DNA of 56,931 nucleotides, filler included, from Sphacelaria rigidula (Eukaryota), in NCBI GenBank assembly GCA_964200075.2. It is 7 parts of 7 records of this genome, joined end to end, with 100 filler letters (N's around TTAATTAATTAA, not from the genome) between each part and the next. Parts side by side here need not be neighbours in the genome. Positions count along the whole stretch, not along the records: positions 40,738 to 48,784 come from CAXNAA020012511.1; positions 48,885 to 56,931 come from CAXNAA020012512.1; 5 more parts are not named here. One strand, 5' to 3'. Positions 48,029 to 56,931 of the stretch are shown here, in pieces. Within the stretch, counting starts at the first letter, position 1. Each line of letters begins with the position of its first letter. The position numbers and the translations under genes were made by a program. The notes below the pieces were generated by a model that searched no databases, had not been told where the DNA came from, and was given only the letters and a program-made list of their open reading frames with translations.

Positions 48029-48715
48029 CTGTGAATGAATAAAGTAAATACGTCAATCAGAAAATACGTGAATAATTGAAAAGTAAGAAAGTAAATAAGC
48101 AAAAATATATAGAGTAGAGAGTAGAAACTGAGAGAGCAAGTAAGCAAGAGAACGGCGCGGGTGTGTGCGTGCGCGGCGATAACGAACGTGAGATTTTACT
48201 AGGGTCATGTATCGGTACCAATATTTGATTCTCATTATCCACATTAACTGATCCCCGAGGGATCCAGCCACGGTTATTATCCATAAGAGGCGTGCCCATG
48301 GTTTACAAGCCGGAAACGCTACAATAGAGAAAAAGTAAAGTAGGGGAGATATGTAGAAAATTGAAAAAAACATATATGAATATATATATATATATATATA
48401 TATCGGACCAACACAAAATATCTTCATCGTATGAGTGATTGGGTCCAAAGCATCGGTTGTTTCCCGTATGTCGACCATGAGTGCGATATGTGGGTCATTA
48501 TCGATTGGATAATGACGATGCATACCGGTGTCCAAATGATGCAAGCGACAGAGGGTGGAAACGACGCGGATTCGATTGACGAGATGCGTTTGCATCATTT
48601 CTTCACAAGTCTGATTTCCGTTGGTGAAAGCGTCACGACGTGTGTAGCAAAAAAAAAGACAAGAATGCACACGAGAGGGCACACGTATGTGCGTATGGGT
48701 ATTCGTATTCGTGTG

Positions 48716-48741
48716 TGGTAGTGGTAGTAGTAGTAGTAGTG

Positions 48742-48784
<43 letters not shown>
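48716..48784. repeat. (GTA)n microsatellite at scaffold end
   Basis: Seen directly. Confidence 0.95.
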
Positions 48785-48884
48785 NNNNNNNNNNNNNNNN
48801 NNNNNNNNNNNNNNNNNNNNNNNNNNNNTTAATTAATTAANNNNNNNNNNNNNNNNNNNNNNNNNNNNNNNNNNNNNNNNNNNN
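48785..48884. other. Artificial scaffold spacer
   Basis: N44-ttaattaattaa-N44. Confidence 0.98.
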
Positions 48885-49038
48885 AATCAGGCCGAAGAAA
48901 TCGTGAATTTGGTGATTTTGATTCGTGATGATTTGTCCTAACCGTCGTACAGTTTAGGTGTGTGTATCGAATATTAATTATCATCGTGACGTCATCAGTG
49001 TACATTTTTCTTAGCTTCGCTTCCTTGTTTGTTTTCAC

Positions 49039-49152
49039 CTTAGGAGTGCTCTCTCCGAGCTCCATTTCCGACAAGAGCTGCTCCAGCTCGAAGGATATCA
49101 GGAGCACTTCGGAGTCGTCTGGTTGGTCGGACATGAGCACCACTGCCTCCGC
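49039..49152 (-). CDS. BK/Slo-type K+ channel RCK domain, exon e
   Basis: ggcag|AEAVVLMSDQPDDSEVLLISFELEQLLSEMELGESTPK|gtgaaa; RCK pattern A..(C/V)V(I/L)L....D...(I/L)L. Confidence 0.75.
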
Positions 49153-49455
49153 CTGCCACGAAAACGACAACAAAGAAAGACGACAACAAAGGCTTTCAAT
49201 GGATACTAAAAGACAAACAAAACAAACAAGAAACAGCGCCGTTTTTCTTTCATTTCCTTGCTTCTTGCTTCTCTTCTCATCTCTCTGCTAGCTAGCTGGA
49301 TGCTGGCGGGTCCTTATCCCCGAGGAACGCAATAGGAGTACTAACATCGTAGCTTTATCGTGTCTTTTTTATCGGATGCCTTGACCTGACTCCCGCAAAA
49401 GACGGCAAAGGTCAAGAAAATACAAAAATCAAAACGTCTCACAACAAGGCCCTTG

Positions 49456-50288
49456 GACCAACTTTTATGGCAGGCACAAATCTCGATTTTTCCGAGCATC
49501 GAGAGGGAAAAAATCAGGCAACGCATTTTATGGACACCGATTTGGACCAAATCGGGGGCGAACAAATCGGGGGGAGACACGGTCTCTCGGAACGGTTTTC
49601 CCCCATTTTTCGAAAAAATCGGAGGAAATCGTTCCGAGATCATGATTCCCCCCGATTTTTGTGAGGTGACGTACGTGTATTGACATGCAATGGTGGGGTA
49701 CGAGGCGTTTGATATTTTTGCAACGGCAGCAGAAGACAGTCTCGTGACAGCGCAGGGCGTGCCAACTTCCCGCGGCAGCTGCTGAAGCAATTTCGCACGG
49801 AGTGTGACAAGCGGATAATAAGTGCTGAAGACGTACCCTGCGGCGATGGTAATATTTTATGCTGCGCTGCGCTGCCAACTGTGTCACTATAACGAACGCT
49901 ACTGTACTCTGCTCGCGGACTGTTTGTTCTCTGTTCTCGGAACACCGAGTTGTACCATCATGTACGACCACACGGCAATATCATATACTGCACTGATGGA
50001 GTATCCTGCACAGTATGTACTACCCTAGGGTACCAAGGTACAACACTGTACTCGAAGGATTGTTTACTGCCTGCCTGCTCTTCGGCTTCATGCACGAGTA
50101 CGCGGTACCTTACTTGTGCAGAAAATGGCCGTCTGTGTACAGAACCGTTTCACAAATCTGTGATGCTACTATACTGTCTGTACCATAAAACGGTCCCCCC
50201 GATTTTGACTTCGCGAATTTGAGTTCCCCCGATTTCTTCAAAATCGGGATCTCAAAAAAATCGAGATTCGTTGCCATAAAAGTTGGTC
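49456..50288. mobile_element. Non-autonomous TIR element (possibly PIF/Harbinger)
   Basis: TIR gaccaacttttatggca..aatctcgattttt / aaaaatcgagattcgttgccataaaagttggtc; flanks ttg and tta; aaatcggggg subterminal repeats. Confidence 0.7.
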
Positions 50289-50291
50289 TTA

Positions 50292-50771
50292 GGCCGCTCC
50301 TCATAACAGACAGGAACAAAAAACTGGAAAAAGTGCCTTTTTGGAGCTTTCACGTCGTTTTACGCCCCAAAAGAGAGCTAGACGGAGTTTGACACCTTGA
50401 AATGACTTGCTCTACTACTCGAGGCGGTTCCAGAACACCTTCCCGTTTACCGATGGCCGCAGTTTTCATTTTGGCCGAACATGATTTTTTCTCGAAGAAC
50501 AGTAAAAAACAGTTGAATCCAGAAAAAATCGCCACTTTTCTCTGACCTTGACTGTTTTCTACTCTTCTTGGAGAAAAAAACTTGTATGGCCAAAATGAAA
50601 ACTGCAGCCACCGAAAATCGGGAAGATGTTCTGGAACCGCCTCAATGAGTAGAGCAAGTTATTCCAAGGTGTCAGACTCCGTCTAGCTCTCCTTTGGGGC
50701 GTAAAACATCGTAGAAGCTCCAAAAAGGCACTTCTCCAGATTTTTATTTTTATCTCTTATAAGGAGTGGCC
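50292..50771. mobile_element. 480-bp foldback MITE, PIF/Harbinger (Tourist-like) signature
   Basis: Whole element is an imperfect palindrome centred near 50531; GGCC termini; TTA on both sides (50289-50291, 50772-50774). Confidence 0.85.
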
Positions 50772-51179
50772 TTACTACTGTACCGTTTTTTTCACGATAC
50801 GGATAACTCCCCCCCCCCCGGCCTCTCCTCCCGCCATCCTCGAAACGAACCTATAGCCTCAGGCAATTAATAAAAAAAGCCATATTTCTCCCCCCATCCA
50901 CCCCCTCCCCAGCACTTCCCTCGACTTCTACATTCCATCAGCATCAAGTTCAGCACTACTACAGCGCGTCCATTTCCATCGTTTGTCTCCGTTACCTTTA
51001 CAATTTACGTTCCATCGAGTTCGGACGACGGGAACCAGACATGTAAAAATTACACACGTACACAACGGTACAGCTGTGCAAATTAAAACGCACAAAATAC
51101 CACCCAAACTCAGATGGTTTCATATTAATGTACCTTTGTTTGAACATCAGACGATGGCGGCGAGTTATCCACTTAACCT

Positions 51180-51515
51180 TACAGCAAAAAGCAAAAGGCA
51201 CACGTGGGCGTCTATATGACAGTTAAGATCCAGGACAGTTCCGAAACCACTCGAATTCGTCTCTACAATTCGCCCATCGCTGTAAAGAACTAATCGCGAC
51301 TCTAGAACACTTTTCGAAACAACTCAAGTTAGTCACAATACATCACCAATCGCTTGCGAGTTGTGGTACCCACTTATTCTATAGCAAAAAGCACACACAG
51401 GCGTGTATATGACAGTCACGATTTCAGAACAGTTTTGGAATCACTCGGATTTGTCGCTATGAATAGTCGTGTCACGTTGAAGAGCCAATCGCTAGCGCGT
51501 TACCCACTCTTACGC

Positions 51516-51587
<72 letters not shown>

Positions 51588-51770
51588 NNNNNNNNNNATC
51601 ACATTAGCTCGATCTCTCGAACCCGTGGTCACAGAGTGCAAGGAGCATACCACCAATAAACCCATACGCTAGAGCAAACGATATCCATGGACGTATGTAT
51701 GACAGTCACGACATCCAAAATAGTTTTTCAAATCACTCGATTCAGTCGTTTTCAATCGCCAGTCATCAGC
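51180..51770. repeat. Three degenerate direct repeats interrupted by (TAT)n
   Basis: cgt.tatatgacagt.a.gat...aca/tagtt...a.cactcg near 51208, 51402 and 51690; (TAT)n at about 51514-51587. Confidence 0.65.
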
Positions 51771-51990
51771 ACTATTAATAGTACAAATCACCAGTCCCTA
51801 CAAGCCGTCAATCACTGTAAGTGTTCATTGACCATATAAAGAGCCAAGTAACTACATAAGAGAGTCAGTCAGTTGCTATAACATTTCCTGCCGTTGAACC
51901 ACGACAGAACGCTGTACTCCTCTGACCGTACACGAGCTATCGTAACCCTGCTGTGTAGCATTATATTTCAGTCCCTCAACACATACATAC

Positions 51991-52125
51991 CCCCTGAATC
52001 TTGGCCTCGTCGAAAGTGGACGTGTCCTGCGTCTTGCCGAAAACGTGGTAGATCCGAGATATATTCAGCGCCGGGTCTTGACACTTGCGCTCCACCAGCC
52101 TCTCGCGAAGCTCGAAAAACAAGCT
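51991..52125 (-). CDS. BK/Slo-type K+ channel RCK domain, exon d
   Basis: aaag|SLFFELRERLVERKCQDPALNISRIYHVFGKTQDTSTFDEAKIQG|gtatgt; resembles RCK VY.V.G...D...L..A.I. Confidence 0.75.
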
Positions 52126-53518
52126 CTTTTGTTGTCGTTTCGTACGACGCAGAGATGCAAAACCACGCAGAATAAAAAAATAACGATCCAAGACACAAGC
52201 GGGTGCGGGCAAAGAACTAGATTAAAACCACAACGCGAAGCTCGGTTGTTGGCAAAACAAAACAAAAATGTTCCCGGGCGTGGGGGGCGTGGGGGGGGCG
52301 GGGGGAAGAGGGGTATGGTTATCAACCGATGACTGTTTCTTTCCCTCCGGCATCTCCATCATTCTGGGACAGCTACTTACTGCACTTTTTCCGAAACAAA
52401 GTGAAAGCAGGTTTCCCAAACCAATCCCGGCGATAGATCAATTCACGACTGGCGACGTTACATTTTTTCCTCGTAAACCTAGCGTTTGACTTGAGTTCCA
52501 GCTTTTTTTCTTCTCCCCAGGAAAAGTCGGACGAGAAAATCCAATTGCCTGGAATAGTTTGAATATATATATATATGAATATATTAATATATAAATGAAA
52601 AAAATCCCAGTCCTAGTAAACTGCATCCCTTAGTTTTTTTTTTTTTTCAACAACGATTTGGTCTGGATGGAGGGAAGGAAGCAAGGGCGGACGAGCCACG
52701 CGTGGATTCACATTCACGGCACAGAATACAGAAAATAATACCCCCGCAAGATATACGTTACTTTTGTTTTTTTCTCCTGCTGTTTCTGTCATACAGCGAA
52801 GTGACCCTTAGACCGCCGGAGGGGGTGCCATCTCTTGAACCAGCATCATTATTTTCCCTCTCGAAAAAAGCGAGTAGAGGATCCACATGAGCCACCTTCA
52901 TGGTCGAAGGGCTGATCACTACGACATTATTTATATCAATACCGCAACTCGGAATTATCGTTGACCAAACACACACACATATATCTATGACGGAAGATCA
53001 CGTGCAGCACAATGAACTCTTTCAATACGATCAACAACTATACAAACTACAACACAAAATAGCACAACAGACGAGTCGGGTACACGCTTGTGGGGTAAGT
53101 GTTGGGCCACGGTTTCCTCCTTCCTTCGATGAGAAAGACAAAACCGAAAACAGACAAGTTGGGTGTGTGCACGCAGCTCAAAACACGCTGAGGATGACGT
53201 TCTACAAACTGTAACCGTAGATGATACCGGGTCGTGTTTTCCACACCAGCAGCAATTCTAGTGAAAACATGACAGCGGCCCTTCATCTTAGAGGTCGGCG
53301 AGAGCAAAACCCGCGATAAACCGAGCCCCAGTCGCGGCTTCTGCCATCATTGTACTGGCAAGAGCCTCCGGCAAATACAGGTGGGTACGAATGATATGGT
53401 CTGTGCGGTAGAGAAGCCCCAAAACCTCTATCCTGCCCGCTCAACCCTCAACAGAAACTGCTACTCGTAGACTAGCCATCCTACGATAGTACAATGGTAC
53501 AGAAATAGCAGAGTACTA

Positions 53519-53660
53519 CACACCCTGGATAATCACAATATATCACCTTGTTCAAAGTGTACTGCGTACAGTATCGACTATTGCGTCTATCGCAACAGAC
53601 AGTAGTTCCACACTGTACGCAGTACATTCTTTGACAATGTAACATATTGTCCAGGGTGTA
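53519..53660. mobile_element. MITE, CACCCTGGACAA-TIR family
   Basis: cacaccctggataa / ttgtccagggtgta; same internal inverted repeat as 647-785. Confidence 0.8.
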
Positions 53661-54219
53661 CCAAAAGGAAAAATGTATATGTCTGATTTATCGCCCACAA
53701 GCCGGGCATGAGAGGATCATCGACACGTATAATTGCCATCCTCCAAATACCAACGGGACGGTCAGGCTAGATTCTCGGAACATAAAGCAGTGGGCGCTCG
53801 AAGAGTTCGATAGGTCACGCTTCACGGCTATATATATGGACAGTGACAACAGTAGACTTCATCAAACCGCCAGGAGCATGTTTAACATATACGAAGTACT
53901 AACTTAGTTACAATCCATTGGCTTGGATCAGAACGAGTAAAGTCGCGTCATGATTACATCATGCGTTTCTCTTGTACCAGCGCTGTAACTCATCTCTTCT
54001 GTGGACTCACCCCCCTGTGTCCCACGGTTTACAGTCTACATTTCGTCAGGGCGAGGAATCGGTTTCGGTTCCGGGTCCAGGCCGGATCCGGGGTCCGGTC
54101 CGGTTGGGTCGGAAGACACGTCATGATGACGTCATGTATAGGTCATTATTCACCTCCTGGAGGTTCGGTAAAAAGCCTCCTCTATCTACCCTTCCTCAAG
54201 GCGTTCACCGACGTAACTC

Positions 54220-54576
54220 TGTGTGTGTAGTCATCCTATCTATTCTCGACGCCAGTTTACACGTTTTGGTATACGTGGGCGAATCACCCGGGTTACACCG
54301 GAGGGAGGCCAACACAGGAGTTTTTTTTCAAGAGTAGTACTCCAACTTCCTTCTGCGGTGCTCGTCCTATTTTTTAACGCGAGCGGTTCAGCAGTCCCTT
54401 TCCCTCGTCGACCGTGAAATCGAATTTTGCGTACCCACCACATAGTCGCTCTCCACTGTTGGACATGGTGTGAGAATAAAAAACCTAGATCTTGCAACTT
54501 CAGTGAGATTCGAACTCACGACCCAACCATCAAAAAGTTCCGAGGTTACCAACTGCACCACCGGGGGGCGACCGGC
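54220..54576 (-). mobile_element. tRNA-derived SINE, full length (about 355 bp)
   Basis: Minus-strand A-box TGGTGCAGTTGG (54549-54560) and B-box GTTCGAATC (54507-54515), non-tRNA body, (AC)n tail; three other copies in the window. Confidence 0.85.
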
Positions 54577-54656
54577 CTGAGGACAGAAATCGGCGCTGAA
54601 TCGAACAAGAAATGAAAAATAAAACTCACGATGGAAGATTCCATATTTTTACTCAC

Positions 54657-54833
54657 CTCGTCCTTTGTGACCATCACAAGAGGCACGTGCGGGCGCTGCC
54701 TGCGAATAGCGAGCACGTAATGCTGTAGTCTTGGGTGAGATCCCACCAGCACTAGGTGCCCGTTCAAATCCTCCGGGATAGCGGCCGTGTGTACTTTAAG
54801 GGCGAACGAAATGCTAGCTTGTGCTTTCTCCAC
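54657..54833 (-). CDS. BK/Slo-type K+ channel RCK domain, exon c
   Basis: gcaag|VEKAQASISFALKVHTAAIPEDLNGHLVLVGSHPRLQHYVLAIRRQRPHVPLVMVTKDE|gtgagt; RCK start pattern L.GH(I/L)V..G....L..(F/Y)V..(L/I)R......P(I/L)V. Confidence 0.8.
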
Positions 54834-55210
54834 CTTGCCAACAAATGCGCGCACACATACACACGCAAAAAAAAAAAAAAAGTCATAAAAAGTCGGCCCT
54901 TGAATTAGGAATGAAAAGTAGCTCGCCCTAGCGTTTGACTTGTACCCGACTGCAACGGCGAAAACCACGACATACACATTATGCAGGCAACCACGTGCCC
55001 ATCGCAAAGAGACATGTTCATGAATGTATACGACGGAGTATATGTATTAGGTGGGAATAATCTCGAGGACAACATGTTTAAAAGAGCGTACTACAAATGA
55101 AAAAATACATATAAGTGTGATATATAGAAAACAATAAAACAATGAAAATATCGAAAAATGGAGGAATAAATCGATAAATAAATATAAATGAAAAGGTATC
55201 GCTGGTGTAC

Positions 55211-55364
55211 CTTGCCGAAGAACTCTGCTGGGTTCTCCGCAACTCTCGTTTCCGTGAGCATCGACGTCTGGTCCTCTCCGTCACCCTCCAGCTCCTTAAG
55301 CTGCTTGGTCGCGCTTTTGAGGGCCTCCAATGCCTCTTTCCAATGCATCCCTTCTTCTTTCCGC
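55211..55364 (-). CDS. BK/Slo-type channel, linker exon b
   Basis: tttag|(M)RKEEGMHWKEALEALKSATKQLKELEGDGEDQTSMLTETRVAENPAEFFGK|gtacac; phases match both neighbours. Confidence 0.75.
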
Positions 55365-55796
55365 CTAAAACAGAAAGGAGAAAGACGAAAAAAAATGAGA
55401 AAATAGGACTTTCATCACTAGTACAATCCAACACACCACCATGACAACAAATATATGCATATACACACACGAGACAAAACACAATCCTCATCAAATCATC
55501 GTCCTGCTTTTGTGTTGATGACGGTCCTTTCGGAACAGTCCATTATCTTATTCGGATACCTGATACACTTTTTCTCGAGTGTTTTTTGAAGGCTCGGGTG
55601 GTGCTCCCTGTAGATAAGAACACAACAAAATACCTTCTCGAGCCCCTGTATCCAACATTTGTGACGCTGTGCACACCACGGTAGCGCATCCACATTTAAC
55701 GGAAACGACCGTCGCGATTCAGGGATCTGAATTAAACAGGTACAACCTTCTCTTACGTCAACTCCGCCTATCTGTTTTTACCTCTTCTGTTTTCTT

Positions 55797-55935
55797 CACA
55801 CCCTTGACAACACACTACATTGGCAAAAAAGGGTACTGCGTACAGTATTGACTATTGCGTCTATTGCAACAGACAATATATTCCATACTGTACCCAGTAC
55901 ATTTTTGGACGATGTCATCTACTGCCCAGGGTGTG
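55797..55935. mobile_element. MITE, CACCCTGGACAA-TIR family
   Basis: cacacccttgacaa / ctgcccagggtgtg; same interior as 53519. Confidence 0.8.
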
Positions 55936-56537
55936 GTTTTCTTCACTTTTCTTCAACGGGAGTTTCCCTTTTTGTTTTGTTGTATCGGGTACAGTAGGTC
56001 CATATCATGTGGATAACGACCACAGCTGTATCCCGAGGAATCACTCGAAGTGCCACGACAATAATAGATCAACCAATCAATCAATTAATCAGCTGGGAAA
56101 CAGGTACCGTGGGGCGGAAGATTGAGGAGTCCAACAGGGCATACACATTTGGTTTTGTCTCTCTCTCTCTCTCCGAAAAAGTGTCTGTAGAAGTGAGGAC
56201 ACGAGTAGGAAACAAGCGTTCATCCGACGACAGGAAGCGAATACTCATCGAACCCGCCATATATACCAACATGCTGTAATAGCTGTGTACCATCGAACCG
56301 CCACATCCTACCGGTACTAAATATCTAAATATCTCCCGAGGTTAATACTCAGACTGCAAGAGAAAGAAATCACACACACGCACGCATGCGCATGCGCATG
56401 CACACACACTAACTCACCGTACAAAAACCCAAACGTTTTCCTTTTCGAAGATGATGAAAATATAAATATAGGCACAAAACGGTACAACAGTTCTTGCACT
56501 GAAAAAAATATATACATATATATATATACTGACTGAC

Positions 56538-56703
56538 ATTTCTTGGCGGACGGATTCTAGCTTGGCACGCTCCTCCTCCGTCTGCATGGACTTGCTTGCA
56601 GGGCGCCTCGAACCACCATCGGTAGTCGACCTGGGACTGCTCTGTGCACTAGAAGCGTTGGATTTCCGCGCTGGGGATATGGCTGCGGCAGTACCAGCAA
56701 CAA
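56538..56703 (-). CDS. BK/Slo-type channel, low-complexity linker exon a (5' boundary uncertain)
   Basis: ...RKSNASSAQSSPRSTTDGGSRRPASKSMQTEEERAKLESVRQE(M) at|gtcagt; phase 2 matches the exon at 55364. Confidence 0.65.
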
Positions 56704-56931
56704 CTGCAGTAGCAGGACGGCGGCATGCGCCCGGGGTGGGGGAGCGGGGGAGCGGGGGAGCGGGGGAGGGGGGGTGTACCACTCATCATCTCGCATGCCG
56801 AACTTTTCACACGTCAGACAGCTCATGAGCTACCTGAAATAACTAATCGAAGATAACTCTCAGATCTTTTGTAAAAACACAAAATAAGTGACAGCAGCCT
56901 GCGAGAAGCTAAAGCGTTACCTTCCCGCTAC

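Noticed and set aside
54500-54576. Functional tRNA gene
   Set aside because: No intact acceptor stem, and it is fused to a multi-copy non-tRNA body, so it is a SINE head.

Overview
Eukaryotic, intron-rich, repeat-rich nuclear DNA, most likely from a brown alga (inferred from short GT-AG exons in kb-scale introns, the protein fragments and the repeat landscape). It is not one locus. Seven scaffolds of 8048, 8048 and 5 x 8047 bp (1-8048, 8149-16196, 16297-24343, 24444-32490, 32591-40637, 40738-48784, 48885-56931) are joined by artificial 100-nt spacers (N44-TTAATTAATTAA-N44). Most entries in the ORF track are spurious. Spliced gene fragments reconstructed by hand with consistent phases: an aspartate kinase exon, an RVxF-motif protein, a 4-exon coiled-coil protein, a small membrane/coiled-coil protein, a degenerate nucleotidyltransferase-fold protein and 5 exons of a BK/Slo-type RCK domain. 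There is also a long decayed coding region, a tRNA-derived SINE and many MITE/foldback elements. The most unusual signal is a non-LTR retrotransposon (LINE) present in 6 copies. Its ORF2 stop is followed by only about 5 nt and then a poly(C) tail, and its target-site duplications begin with C-runs. No prokaryote-type system or CRISPR array is supported.
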